This document shows positions 1-11,124 of a stretch of 64,000 bases of DNA, piece by piece. The notes below the pieces were generated by a model that saw nothing but the letters and a program-made list of their open reading frames with translations, made no database searches and was not told the origin of the DNA. Within the stretch, counting starts at the first letter, position 1. The number at the start of each line of letters is the position of its first letter. This DNA comes from a virus. Location of the stretch: IMG/VR virus record IMGVR_UViG_3300044681_000281, positions 1-64,000 of that record; one strand, written 5' to 3'. The position numbers and the translations under genes are program-made.

Positions 1-2365
1 CCGTTTCAAATTCAGGGAATACTTTCTGTGTAAACTCATTAGGTACGCACGGTTTGATGTAATCGAATTTTGATCTACCTAACTTGTGATTTTCAATAAT
101 ATTACCACCTGTCCATAATGTTGTGGCGGGGATGAACTGTTCAATAACCTGAACCCAATATGGACTCATTCTATTAATGAACTCACTAACCGTTGGGTTA
201 CTATAAGGGTTTGGTACTTTTTCTAAGTAACCTTTATAGACATCCTCTAACTGAATATAGGATTTTTGATACCTTACTGTGTGAGAATTTCTAATCTGTT
301 CATTAAGAACTTGGTCTAAGAATTCTGCGAAAGTTACTCCTGTTTGTGGAGGTAAGGTGTTTGTACCAAACTCAACTAATAATTTTCTCGATTGTCTGTA
401 AACATCATACTCTAACGCCTGTGCGGAGGAAAGATAAATCTGTATATTTTTTCTGTTAAGGATTCTACTATCCTCATCACCCAACATTTCAATTTTATCG
501 TTGTCAATGGTATTATGTAATTCATAACCATAATCCAAACCATAGAATTGTCTATATAAATCAAAGTAATCCTCACCATAAGTGAAGTCTTTGTTTTTGG
601 TTTTAATTATTTTCGGATTAACCGTAAAATCAGAATTTTCGAGATCTATTTCCAAAGATGATCTATGGTCCAAGGTGATGTCGTACCACCCCGCACCTTT
701 TTGAAAGAAAACATCATTAGTTTCACTCACAATAGGTTTTACATCACCATACTTAGTAACCCCCGTTAATACAATGGGGTATTCAGAATCGGCATATATA
801 GTACTACCTGTTGTGGTTGTATTTGTATAAGAGAAACCCGTAGTAACAAACTCCGCAACATTAAATGTTTTTTCTCCTTGAATCAGATCGTAGATATCCG
901 AATCAATATTCTCATCTAATTTCTTTACAGAATCGTAACGATAAACGTGTTCCTCAATTTTAATTAATGGTTCGGGTGCACCGATGAATCGTAGGAAAAA
1001 TTCCAACGCTTTTCTAGTACCCTTTGATTTGTATATGTGTACAAGGTTTATAACTAACCTACGGTAGAATTCAGTTTCCGCCTCTACCATATTCATACCA
1101 AGACCTACTCCGTCATATTGACTTTCAATCCTACTATATAAGGTGTCCTCTAAAGACTTTTCATCAAATAGATTTACACTGTCTAAACCGAGTGTGTTAG
1201 AGAGATTTTTAAGAAGTACTTCAGGAATATTTTTTATACCATCGTAACTTACATTTCTCATGTAAGCAACATTATCAATGAAGGTTTTAACCTTATCAAA
1301 TGCGGTACCGTATAATTGGAATACAGAAGACATTCTTTGGTCTTCAGTATCAAATTCATTAAGTGAAGCGGTGGTTAAAAATCTTACAATTAAGTTAGAT
1401 TTATAATCATCAATTTCTTCACCAACATCCTTAAGTTTTGTTAAATAATTAGAGTACTCTAAACCTGTAATTTTAATATTCCACCCATCCTTGAATATCG
1501 GCCACTTAACTTTAACTGTAGTAAGTTCTGTTTTAGTACCATCTAAAGAATCTTGGGGTAATCTAAAACTAGCAGTATACTTAGGATTTGTTTCTCTGTT
1601 TATTAAAACAGATTCCAAATCATCTAAATTGTTGTAGAATTCCTCAACAATCGAATCTATGGGTCTAATTAAAAAACTTTCAGAATATGTGGTAGTACTA
1701 AATGGTTTACCTTTTACTTCAACGGTTAATGTTGTTGTATTATCAGTATAACTTAAAATATCGTAAGTCTTACCATTTAATGATAACGTATACTTCGAAA
1801 AATTACTAAAGAAATTTTTAAATTCATTCTCAACAGTTGGTTGAGTATTACTCTTAGGTTTAGTAAAAACAACATCCAGGGGGTTGAATACTTTTGCTGC
1901 CTCGAAACTGAACGTGGTGACATTAGTTCTTCTATTATACGTGATATTGTTGGCACTATAGGGTGTTGAACCCACAGGAGTGTCATTATCAATGTAGAAC
2001 CCCGCAGGGAACTTCTTAATAATTCTTTGTACCGATACTGAAAGTCTTTCCTTTAAAGAACCGTAAAGTGATTTAGAACCATCTTGTTTTGATTCTTTAA
2101 ATACTACTTTGTTACTTCTTTCGGTTGTCTTCTTTGATTGGGTTTTTGGACCTTTAGTTTCTTCATTTAAATCATCTAAGGTTAAAAACTCTGAAAAGGG
2201 AACTGATTTAAATTTTTTAGTGTCTCTCTCAGGAATGGATTTATCGATAGAAAAGTTTGTCGCGGTCAATTGGCTTGACCCATCGGTAATTTGATTACCG
2301 ATCAAGTTGTCGTTAAAGGTTTCCCTTCCACTTGCCGCCTGACTTGGAACTTTTCTTTTTGCCAT
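1..2365 (-). CDS. Baseplate wedge protein, T4 gp7/P2 gpI-like (partial, runs off the window start)
   Basis: Not in the ORF track. ATG at 2365 overlaps the upstream stop (TAATG). My translation MAKRKVPSQAASGRETFNDNLIG... stays open to the window edge and contains IYKSKGTRKALEFFLRFIG, the YxxKGT motif of gpI/gp7 wedge proteins. Lies in the baseplate cluster. Confidence 0.7.
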   Translation of the reverse strand, partial: MAKRKVPSQAASGRETFNDNLIGNQITDGSSQLTATNFSIDKSIPERDTKKFKSVPFSEFLTLDDLNEETKGPKTQSKKTTERSNKVVFKESKQDGSKSLYGSLKERLSVSVQRIIKKFPAGFYIDNDTPVGSTPYSANNITYNRRTNVTTFSFEAAKVFNPLDVVFTKPKSNTQPTVENEFKNFFSNFSKYTLSLNGKTYDILSYTDNTTTLTVEVKGKPFSTTTYSESFLIRPIDSIVEEFYNNLDDLESVLINRETNPKYTASFRLPQDSLDGTKTELTTVKVKWPIFKDGWNIKITGLEYSNYLTKLKDVGEEIDDYKSNLIVRFLTTASLNEFDTEDQRMSSVFQLYGTAFDKVKTFIDNVAYMRNVSYDGIKNIPEVLLKNLSNTLGLDSVNLFDEKSLEDTLYSRIESQYDGVGLGMNMVEAETEFYRRLVINLVHIYKSKGTRKALEFFLRFIGAPEPLIKIEEHVYRYDSVKKLDENIDSDIYDLIQGEKTFNVAEFVTTGFSYTNTTTTGSTIYADSEYPIVLTGVTKYGDVKPIVSETNDVFFQKGAGWYDITLDHRSSLEIDLENSDFTVNPKIIKTKNKDFTYGEDYFDLYRQFYGLDYGYELHNTIDNDKIEMLGDEDSRILNRKNIQIYLSSAQALEYDVYRQSRKLLVEFGTNTLPPQTGVTFAEFLDQVLNEQIRNSHTVRYQKSYIQLEDVYKGYLEKVPNPYSNPTVSEFINRMSPYWVQVIEQFIPATTLWTGGNIIENHKLGRSKFDYIKPCVPNEFTQKVFPEFET

Positions 2366-3282
2366 TATAATTGAGTGATGTCATCAAAATTTTTAGTTTC
2401 ATCGATGGTGTCCCTCTCTTCTCTAACTTCGTAAAGTGTTTCGTTGAACTCATCTTTGATTTCAAATAGGTTGAACTGTTTGTAGATGTTATTATCACCA
2501 GTGTAAATAGTGTAAATACCATCGGATACGGACTTACTTTGATTACCATAAAGTGCGTAGGCCAATGTGGTCTCATCGTGTTCAACCATCTCAACCTCAA
2601 TTGTTGTTGGGTTGAAGAATGTATTTGTTAAAATGATGTTCTGAGATGGTTCACCAATAAAGGGTACTGTGTTTGGTTTATTTGTTGGTGCGGAACTAGG
2701 GGTTACAGTCAAGAACAAAAGGTTTGTAGATTGATCTGTGTATTGATATCTAATCGCCTTCTGTGTGGTGCTTGTTAAATTAGACGTAATTGGGTTACAG
2801 TAAAAAGAAGATGTAACTACTCTATAGAAATTAGGGACTTTAGACCCGTCGGTGTTTAGATATTCAATCCTATAACCAACTAAACCTTGTGGGGTGAATT
2901 TATTTCTATCTTCTGATGGAACATTACTCAAATCAATAATGATACCTCTAACCGATGGAAGTGATGCTAGTACACCACAATCGGTAATTGATGTTCTTAT
3001 TTGTTTAGGACGCAAATGAAGGGTGTATACACCTAACTCATCAAAGTCAGCAGAATCTAATTTTAGATTATATAGTCCACCCAATAACTCAGTATCAACC
3101 GCATTAGTTGCATCCGTTGTTTCCGAATTGTGGTAAACGGGTGTTAAAACGTCTTCTGATGACAGTTTTTTAAACTGAACAGGAGCGTTAGATGTTCTTC
3201 CTGAGACATAATGAAAAAAGATTTCTACATCTGCGGGGGAGACATCTGCGGGTCTTACTGTGCCATAACTTCCTATTGCCAT
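2365..3282 (-). CDS. Conserved hypothetical virion/baseplate protein
   Basis: 305-aa beta-rich ORF, coupled to the downstream gene, preceded by the TATTTAT motif. Confidence 0.55.
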   Translation of the reverse strand: MAIGSYGTVRPADVSPADVEIFFHYVSGRTSNAPVQFKKLSSEDVLTPVYHNSETTDATNAVDTELLGGLYNLKLDSADFDELGVYTLHLRPKQIRTSITDCGVLASLPSVRGIIIDLSNVPSEDRNKFTPQGLVGYRIEYLNTDGSKVPNFYRVVTSSFYCNPITSNLTSTTQKAIRYQYTDQSTNLLFLTVTPSSAPTNKPNTVPFIGEPSQNIILTNTFFNPTTIEVEMVEHDETTLAYALYGNQSKSVSDGIYTIYTGDNNIYKQFNLFEIKDEFNETLYEVREERDTIDETKNFDDITQL

Positions 3283-3307
3283 ATTCTTTTAATTAATAAA
3301 TATTAAT

Positions 3308-4222
3308 CTATTGTTTTTTAACTTTAAAAAATCCGTTTCCGTAGGTATCTATTTCACCAACGCTATCGATTTCACCCAACCTCAAATTCATTTCTAAAAC
3401 ACCTTGTCGACCTCTTTCAACAAAGACATCCGAGTATATTACAGGTTGGTCCATGAATCCGATAAAGTGTTCATTCCTCGTTAACATCTGATTAAACACC
3501 TCTTCTTGATAAAAATTAGTGGTGGAACCTGTTATTGTGGTAGTCCCATTATCATAATCCTTATAAGAAAGATTGTCAATTGTATAACCCGTATACGATC
3601 CATTTTCGTCAGAACCTACTGTGGTTCCCTGATAAGAATTTTCACCATATTTTTTCAATTCACTCACTCTACTTCTTCCAACGGCAGCAAAATAAATCGT
3701 CGCATCAGAATTATTATTTGTATAATCTAAATTCTCAATGTAATCCTGTGTGATTGTGACATTGGTATATGGTATTGTAAACGGTCCAAATTCTCCATTT
3801 GGGTTAGAAACAGAAATGTCTTTCGGTACGGTTATTTTTTTACTTAATTTTCTCTCAGTCCATACATTATTTAGTTCTATAGTAACTTCATATGTACCGG
3901 CCGAAGGAAATGTATGTTGTACGTAAGAGAGATTTGTCCCCGTACTAACACCTATAGTTTGAGTATCACCATCACCCCAATTAATTGTGAAGGTTTCGTT
4001 TTTGATTACCTTTAAAACATCCCTATTAACCGTATTGTAAAAACGTATGGTGTTACCACCAGTGTGTTGATAATGGAAGTTGGTTATTTGTTCTACCTGC
4101 TCAATATCACCATCAAAACCAACCATACCACCCATTTCGTAGGCGGTAGAATCTAAGTAAACAGGTAAATTATATGTTGTACCTGTGGTTGTTTTTAATA
4201 TTTTATGGTAATTCTTTTTCAT
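3308..4222 (-). CDS. PKD/Ig-like domain virion protein
   Basis: FTINWGDGDTQT...QHTFPSAGTYEVTIEL matches the PKD signature (WDFGDG...HTY..GTY.V). Confidence 0.65.
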   Translation of the reverse strand: MKKNYHKILKTTTGTTYNLPVYLDSTAYEMGGMVGFDGDIEQVEQITNFHYQHTGGNTIRFYNTVNRDVLKVIKNETFTINWGDGDTQTIGVSTGTNLSYVQHTFPSAGTYEVTIELNNVWTERKLSKKITVPKDISVSNPNGEFGPFTIPYTNVTITQDYIENLDYTNNNSDATIYFAAVGRSRVSELKKYGENSYQGTTVGSDENGSYTGYTIDNLSYKDYDNGTTTITGSTTNFYQEEVFNQMLTRNEHFIGFMDQPVIYSDVFVERGRQGVLEMNLRLGEIDSVGEIDTYGNGFFKVKKQ

Positions 4223-4223
4223 T

Positions 4224-5468
4224 TTATTGATTACTTACTGAGGTTGAAATGACTCCAAACTGATTAGAACCAGTTATTGTTAATATTGATGTTATAGTGT
4301 ATGTATATGTTCCTGTTGGAACCGTAAGTGTTGATGGTAGACTTGTTGAGCTCTGATTACTCGGAACTGTCTGTGTTGATATGCTACCAACACCATTCAC
4401 CGAAATGGATCCATACCCTATATTGTCAAAACCCGTTTGGTGAGTTACGGTAATATATAGGTTAGCAGGACCGTTAGTTACTGTCAACGTTCCCGTGGTT
4501 GTTCCTGTAGATGGGTTATCACCGGGAAGTGTCTCACTATGATTCATTGAACTACCATTACTCCATGAAAGAGTTGTGGTTGTTGTAGAAGGTGTCGGGG
4601 TTAACACTACGGTAGATGATGGGGTTGGTGTGAGGACTGTTGTTGATGATGGGGTTGGTGTTGGGGTGTTACCACTTCCTACATTACCACCTATTTCATA
4701 GAATTTGATCGGTGATGATGTAGTCCCTCTTATTCCTCCCCTACCAAATGTTGAATATTCAGAAACCGTATAGTTAAAGGATGGAGATGTTGATCTGTCC
4801 ATCACAACCTCAAAATATAGGTCATCCCCTTCATTTAAGGTTGATGACATTACATTTGGTTTATTTACAAATTGAGTAATTGACCCGTCAACCCCATTAT
4901 AGAACTTAGCGGTCATGAAAAAGGTAAGACCCGTTAGAACAGATTCTTCTAAAACAGTATCATCCTCGAACCAAAAAAGATTCATACACTCCTTATTCTT
5001 AAGAGGTGTTCCCTTAAAAACAGGTACATATAATTTTTGTCCCGAATTTATCAATGATCTCTCACCAAAAACAGGGTTTAATGTCTTAGAAAAGACTAAT
5101 CTTCTATTACTCCTATCAGGTATCTCATTATCTGGTGTCTTGTAGAACTCTAACTTAAAAAAACACTTCTTTAAATCAGAAAGATTCTGATTAACGCCAA
5201 TTAGATTATAATCTAATCCATTCGTGTAGGTATTATTACCATCCACAAAATAAAAGTAGTACCATATATCCGACTGAGTTAATCCATTAGATGTGTAGGG
5301 TTTATGTATAAACCTACAAGTCTCATAGTTCTCAATTGGATTTATTAGTTCTTCAAGGATTTCTCTTTCATAGGTTTGGAACGCATTATTCCACCCCGCA
5401 TCAAGTTTGAAATTCTGATCCGAATTAATTGTTAATTGTTTTTCATTTCCGTCAAATCTTAATCTCAT
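4224..5468 (-). CDS. Virion protein with a short Pro-Thr linker and C-terminal beta-rich (Ig/lectin-like) domain
   Basis: 414 aa, with a TPTPTPSSTTVLTPTPSST linker followed by a Thr/Gly/Ser-rich beta domain. Confidence 0.55.
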   Translation of the reverse strand: MRLRFDGNEKQLTINSDQNFKLDAGWNNAFQTYEREILEELINPIENYETCRFIHKPYTSNGLTQSDIWYYFYFVDGNNTYTNGLDYNLIGVNQNLSDLKKCFFKLEFYKTPDNEIPDRSNRRLVFSKTLNPVFGERSLINSGQKLYVPVFKGTPLKNKECMNLFWFEDDTVLEESVLTGLTFFMTAKFYNGVDGSITQFVNKPNVMSSTLNEGDDLYFEVVMDRSTSPSFNYTVSEYSTFGRGGIRGTTSSPIKFYEIGGNVGSGNTPTPTPSSTTVLTPTPSSTVVLTPTPSTTTTTLSWSNGSSMNHSETLPGDNPSTGTTTGTLTVTNGPANLYITVTHQTGFDNIGYGSISVNGVGSISTQTVPSNQSSTSLPSTLTVPTGTYTYTITSILTITGSNQFGVISTSVSNQ

Positions 5469-7235
5469 TTAACATAACGAATTCGGATCTTTTGTAAAGT
5501 TTTTGATACCATCGGTCTTATTCTTAAATGATACCTCATTCTTTAACAAAAAGTTTATGTCATTCTTGACGTAGTGTTGACCATTAGTAAATGGGTGATT
5601 GACACCATACCCATCCGGATCTATATAACCGTGATCGTATAGATCTCTCCATTTCCAAACCTTCTCCACCTCATCATAAATAGTATTTTCAGGTAAATTC
5701 ATGATGTCATTTGTTGGGTTTGTTTCAATATATGGTGATAGTTCTCTTAGTTTTATTTTATGATGTGTTTTATAAAATAAACCACATGGATTTGTTGTGG
5801 AAACCCCACTAAAAGTGTTCGTGTTTGTTTGTCCGTGATTGAATATTGTATATGGTAATGTGATTTTATGGTAGGTATCGGACAAAATTGTCTCTTTAAA
5901 TTCGACATTATTATACTCAACAAAATCCCCAATAATTTCAGTACCTACAGGTATTTCACTACCCACATTAAAATTCATAGAATCCTGAGTAAATGTGGTA
6001 TAAGGTAAGTTTGTGTTTGAGGATGCGAATGAGGTGTTAAATTGTTCATCAACCCACGTGTTGTGGAAGTTGAATCTCCAACCGAGTCTTGGTGGATAAT
6101 TAAAATACCCGTTACCGTTCCTAAAGACGGTTGTCAAATACACTTCTGTTGGTGTGTATCCTAAATTATTAGTTAAACCATTTATGTTTATGGGGGTCTT
6201 AAAGTGGTAAAGAACCGATTCCGGCCTATTCAATTCAACGTATACATTATCTCTAGCATCGGGAGTTTCAAATTGGAGTTTCCTTTCATTCTCAAATATT
6301 GGACTTTCAAATCCCGCACTTTCTAATATATAATCGTCAGCAGAAGTTATTGTCTTGTGTTTTCTTACATAATATATTGATGTAGTATTCTCAATATCAG
6401 TCTTATCCAAACATCTTCGACCAAAGACTACCCCCATGGTAGACATCATAGTTATTTGATTCTGACTAAAATTCGACTTACTTATGTTAATCACATATTT
6501 TTCCGAATTAAATGTTTCATCCCCCACTGAGTTAATTGGGAATACTCTATCCGCTCGACTATTTTGATTCATGGATGACCCTGATAACACAACATACTCT
6601 CCCTGAGACATATTGTGTGGACTTGGGCTAGTTAACTTAAATGAATCTCCATCATCGGTAATTCTAAATGGTATTCCCGTTTCTGCGGTAAAATTGTAAA
6701 CAGTACCACCAGATAACGTATACCTCATATTGTAAGTAGAATCTTTATCAAAAACATAGGTTAGGTAAAAATTCCAATTAACAAAGGGGGCGTCAGACTC
6801 AGTGAAATCAATATGACCACTTCCATTAGGAACAGTAATGTTAGGATTAAATTCCCCTATACTATTTGATGTTGCGTTTGATTGTTCGCCGACATAATCT
6901 CTCCTAATAAATGCAAACTCGTTATACTGCATAAAACCCTCATAATCGTTCGGATCATATGTGTCGGTGGAGAGATAAAGATTATTTAGAAGGGGTTCAT
7001 AAGGTGATGTTCCACCGTAAGTGTTTCTAAACACCATATTGACCTTACCGTATATTTTATATTTGGTACTTTCATTTCTCTCTTTAGAGAACTGTTCCGC
7101 AATATCTAAAATAATTGTCCTATCACCCTCTCTTAGAAGTTGTTCGTTGGAATCAAACCCAATTTTAACTGATAAATCTTCGGACTCCGCTTTTTTGTAT
7201 CTTTTTTCAGGATGAAGAATTTTTTTCTTTATCAT
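5469..7235 (-). CDS. Hypothetical baseplate/tail-associated structural protein
   Basis: 588-aa ORF tightly packed in the structural operon. No catalytic motif recognised. Confidence 0.5.
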   Translation of the reverse strand: MIKKKILHPEKRYKKAESEDLSVKIGFDSNEQLLREGDRTIILDIAEQFSKERNESTKYKIYGKVNMVFRNTYGGTSPYEPLLNNLYLSTDTYDPNDYEGFMQYNEFAFIRRDYVGEQSNATSNSIGEFNPNITVPNGSGHIDFTESDAPFVNWNFYLTYVFDKDSTYNMRYTLSGGTVYNFTAETGIPFRITDDGDSFKLTSPSPHNMSQGEYVVLSGSSMNQNSRADRVFPINSVGDETFNSEKYVINISKSNFSQNQITMMSTMGVVFGRRCLDKTDIENTTSIYYVRKHKTITSADDYILESAGFESPIFENERKLQFETPDARDNVYVELNRPESVLYHFKTPININGLTNNLGYTPTEVYLTTVFRNGNGYFNYPPRLGWRFNFHNTWVDEQFNTSFASSNTNLPYTTFTQDSMNFNVGSEIPVGTEIIGDFVEYNNVEFKETILSDTYHKITLPYTIFNHGQTNTNTFSGVSTTNPCGLFYKTHHKIKLRELSPYIETNPTNDIMNLPENTIYDEVEKVWKWRDLYDHGYIDPDGYGVNHPFTNGQHYVKNDINFLLKNEVSFKNKTDGIKNFTKDPNSLC

Positions 7236-10200
7236 AACGGACCAAAGTTTTTAATGAATTTATTCCACGAAGTCTTACCTGTTCTTAAACCAAAGTAGAA
7301 GAAGAAAGGACCCCCAATCGGGATCTCGGTCGCAGCGTAATTATCATCATTACAGTCCCTAATTGGAGGTAGTAGGGATCCGTCGTAATAATGACTATTA
7401 ATATTGTCTGTTGGACCTCCACCAGCCCCATTGTATGGGTCATTTTCCATTAATCCTACATAATTCCAACCTCCTTGGTATTTTGTAGAATAGATGGTGT
7501 TTAAATTCCAATCTTGATTTTCTGAAAGAGTACCGTTTGGTCCAAAACCATCACCTCTTTTATTCCACCTAAAGTATGGTACCTCTTGTGCCGTTTCGGT
7601 TAAGTTACCCGCCGAATTAATACATAACCTTAATAAAGTCCCATCTTTTTCTTTAATTACGGTATCCTCATCATCTTCAGAAAAAACAAAATCTAAACCA
7701 AGTGGACCCGCACCATCGAATATTGTTGATCCGGATGTGTAATACGGGCTTTCGGGATCTTCATCGTCATATCCGAATAATCCCATTTGTGAATTAAAGT
7801 TTAGTAATTGGGCGATATCACCGTCAATCTTACCCCCACTTCGTCTATCAAAAAGATCTTGTACTTCTAACCTACCCTGTTCTTTAACTTCTTTCGATGC
7901 GATAACATATTCCATTAAATCATTTATGTCTTGGTAGGATGTTGACCCAATACTCTTAGAAATAGAACAATTGACATCTAATTCAGGATCAACACATATT
8001 TCATTAATGTACATATTTCTAGGTCCTAAATCCATTACAGTCGTTGGGAAAAGTATTTCTCCATATGATCTTTCACCTACTTGTCCAATAAAATTACCAT
8101 TGTAATATGGGGTTGATCTGTAGTAGTAATGCACCCCCGTTTGATCCTCATTTCTATAAATTAGATCTTTACAGTATTTGGCGTTACTACCCCCTCTTCG
8201 TCTTCTAAACTGAAAGAAATATAATGAACCGTTTAACCAACTATTACTGAAGGTGTATGATGTAATACCACCACACATAAGTTTTCCAACCAATTTTCTT
8301 CTTGAGTAATTTAATATTAGTTCCCTATTCTTACCTGTGGCAGCAACTAAAGTGTATTGACCATCGCTGAATTCAGAGTACCCTGAAGCAGTTCCATCTG
8401 AGTCCCCATTATTGGCAACCCAACCTGACTTTAGACAAACTCGTCGCGGAAATTCTTTATTATCCTGACCACCCCACGTATTACTTACAAAATGGTTTTC
8501 CGCATATCTACTAAAACTTACTACAATATCTGTTGTAGGGGGTTGATAAGTACATGGGTTTTCACTTCCGGTTTGGAATATGTCGGGATAATCACCATAC
8601 TCATCAACATTATTGGTAAAGTAATTATAATCCTTAGAACCACTATCGTTTATATATGCCTTTAATGCCATGTCCCCGCCGGTCATTGTTGTACCATTTT
8701 GTGTGGCGGTTGAATCATAAATTATGTCATATTTCTCACATCCAGACTCGACATTTTGAACCCCTGAAGAAGTTTGTGTTAATTCTGAAACAAAGTAAAT
8801 TTCATATATTCTTATAGTGGTACTACTCTCTAATGCGGTTCCCGTAACTGATGATGGTAGTGTCCCTCCACCGGTTAGATTATTCGCCTCATAAACATCG
8901 TAATGTATATCCGACGCTATGGCGAGAATCTGACTTCCTGTAATAGGATATGCTGAACCATAACCAACGAATCTATACTCATATGTTTCGGGAGTAATTA
9001 CAATACCTTCCGCATCTAATTCTTCGGCAGTTAACACATATTTTATAATATAATTTCTTTCATCAGTAACATTTGGTATCGTCAATGATATTGTCTCATC
9101 GGGATTAGTATTGTTAGCCGCATTAGGATCATAACTATGTGTTGCGGCAACCATTGTGGCGATTGGTGTTAATGAGTTATTAGTTATATAACTTTCTTCT
9201 TGCCCGTGTGATACTGTTGTATATTCGTAAGTGTTACCGGTGTTACCTCCCGTAGATTCCCCCGTATTAACATCCTGACCACACTCATAACAATCGGGAT
9301 AATTAATCAACCCCAACCTTCTCATAGTTAATATCTGTATGGTTTTAGCGGTTTTAGCCAATCTAGTGGCCGGATCTTTAAATGGTCTCCAATCAATTAT
9401 GTGTTTTATATAAATTCTAAATCCATATAATATTTCTGCGATATCAAACAAAAATTCCGTAATAAAGTCGATTGCGAATTGTGTTACAATTAGATAGATC
9501 CTCTCTAAATAATTAAGAATCACAATAATTAGAAATTTGAATTTGAAATTACTTACAGCATCGTTAATGGGGAAATATTCATTATTATTAGAACAATCTT
9601 CTTCTTGGGAAGGTTGAATTTCTTTAATCCCAATAAAAGATTCGTTTTTATCTTTTACGAATAACGAGAAGTTCTTCTCCGCCCACGACTTGTTATAATA
9701 TTGATTTATAAAAGATGAAACAGTATAAATCCGATTGTATCTAAAGGAGTAAAAATAGTCATTAGCATAACCCCCATTATTGAGTCCGATAATGTCGTCG
9801 ATAGCGTCATCGGGATAATCATCTAAGTTAGTAGAAAACGCATATGATTTAGGGTCAGTATAATTGTTAGGTGCAGTACCTAATTGGTGTTCCTTTATTT
9901 GAGGGATAAGGTATTTTCCTCGATATTGTTTTTTGGCACCATTGTCGTTCTGTAATGATAACCTAAATCTATATGTTCCTCTTGTGGGTATTCCTTTTCT
10001 CGTATCCATTGTCTGAACTAAATCACCAAATTCATTAGTGATGTAGTAATTCATATTCATCGGTACTCTAAAAAAGAAATTACCATCCTCATCAATCTGT
10101 GAATCTAACTGAATCGATTCGAGTATTGGTCTACTGTAATTATCGGAACCGTTGGGGTTTTTTTCGTACCTACCACTGAACCTTATCGCCTCAATATCAC

Positions 10201-11065
10201 CAGTACCAGTGGTTAGATTACACTTCTCACCCATCTGGTTGTCGACATTACATCTTACTCGAACAGAATCTTTTCCCGAATCAGTAAAAGACCCACCCAT
10301 CATTATGGAATAGGGTTCTAACCTAATACCTCTCTCTTTTAAGTCAAAGTCGGTTCTTGTGATACCGATCTCACACAAATCTTCATTGCCCCAAAAAGGG
10401 TATACTTCAATGGTCTTCTCAAAAGATACAATTTGTGGTAATTCCTCTAAATTATTGGATGACCTAAATGTATAATTGTTCTCAAACTTTTCTTCAGAAA
10501 GACCCTCATAGATAAAATCATATGGTACCATAGATTGACAACCCATATCTGACAAATCAACATCGACATGTATTGTTTGGGACCCAACCGGAACCCCCCA
10601 TATCATAAAATCTCCCGAATCGTTGGTCTTAACAGTGTACTTATAATATTTTTCATATACCTCTAAGACCTCCTCTCTTGATAGAATGTCATTTTGGTCA
10701 GGAAATGTTCCTGTAGGAGTGTGTCCCGTATGTTGTTTTCTAGATGGTAGAAGATTATATCTATATCCATCATCATTTCTATCCGTAGTTAATGTATATG
10801 GATAAAGTGCACTAATAACAGGATCTTCACCATCCTCATCAGTTAAGGGTATGAAAATAGATACTCTAGCGTTAGAAACACCATAACCATCATTGACAGA
10901 AATGCGTCCACATACGACACCATAGTCCGCACAAAGGGAGGTATATATCTCCTTCTGAGTGAACTTAAGTGAAAGGATTTCTAAAAGATCATAATCCTGT
11001 TTTAATTCAACAGTTAATCTTTGATCTTTACCAATTTCTGTTCTTATACGATGCTTCTGTATCAT
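7232..11065 (-). CDS. Large baseplate-associated protein with an N-terminal beta-sandwich (carboxypeptidase-regulatory-like) and an internal hydrophobic segment
   Basis: 1277 aa. GVVCGRISVNDGYGVSNARVSIF...VKTNDSGDFMIWGVPVGSQTIHVD resembles a prealbumin-like sandwich. Directly follows the gp6-like gene. Confidence 0.55.
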   Translation of the reverse strand: MIQKHRIRTEIGKDQRLTVELKQDYDLLEILSLKFTQKEIYTSLCADYGVVCGRISVNDGYGVSNARVSIFIPLTDEDGEDPVISALYPYTLTTDRNDDGYRYNLLPSRKQHTGHTPTGTFPDQNDILSREEVLEVYEKYYKYTVKTNDSGDFMIWGVPVGSQTIHVDVDLSDMGCQSMVPYDFIYEGLSEEKFENNYTFRSSNNLEELPQIVSFEKTIEVYPFWGNEDLCEIGITRTDFDLKERGIRLEPYSIMMGGSFTDSGKDSVRVRCNVDNQMGEKCNLTTGTGDIEAIRFSGRYEKNPNGSDNYSRPILESIQLDSQIDEDGNFFFRVPMNMNYYITNEFGDLVQTMDTRKGIPTRGTYRFRLSLQNDNGAKKQYRGKYLIPQIKEHQLGTAPNNYTDPKSYAFSTNLDDYPDDAIDDIIGLNNGGYANDYFYSFRYNRIYTVSSFINQYYNKSWAEKNFSLFVKDKNESFIGIKEIQPSQEEDCSNNNEYFPINDAVSNFKFKFLIIVILNYLERIYLIVTQFAIDFITEFLFDIAEILYGFRIYIKHIIDWRPFKDPATRLAKTAKTIQILTMRRLGLINYPDCYECGQDVNTGESTGGNTGNTYEYTTVSHGQEESYITNNSLTPIATMVAATHSYDPNAANNTNPDETISLTIPNVTDERNYIIKYVLTAEELDAEGIVITPETYEYRFVGYGSAYPITGSQILAIASDIHYDVYEANNLTGGGTLPSSVTGTALESSTTIRIYEIYFVSELTQTSSGVQNVESGCEKYDIIYDSTATQNGTTMTGGDMALKAYINDSGSKDYNYFTNNVDEYGDYPDIFQTGSENPCTYQPPTTDIVVSFSRYAENHFVSNTWGGQDNKEFPRRVCLKSGWVANNGDSDGTASGYSEFSDGQYTLVAATGKNRELILNYSRRKLVGKLMCGGITSYTFSNSWLNGSLYFFQFRRRRGGSNAKYCKDLIYRNEDQTGVHYYYRSTPYYNGNFIGQVGERSYGEILFPTTVMDLGPRNMYINEICVDPELDVNCSISKSIGSTSYQDINDLMEYVIASKEVKEQGRLEVQDLFDRRSGGKIDGDIAQLLNFNSQMGLFGYDDEDPESPYYTSGSTIFDGAGPLGLDFVFSEDDEDTVIKEKDGTLLRLCINSAGNLTETAQEVPYFRWNKRGDGFGPNGTLSENQDWNLNTIYSTKYQGGWNYVGLMENDPYNGAGGGPTDNINSHYYDGSLLPPIRDCNDDNYAATEIPIGGPFFFYFGLRTGKTSWNKFIKNFGPL

Positions 11066-11124
11066 ATCATATAAATAGATTAGAACCTATTTTCCTTAAT
11101 TAATAATAATACAGAAAAGAAAAA

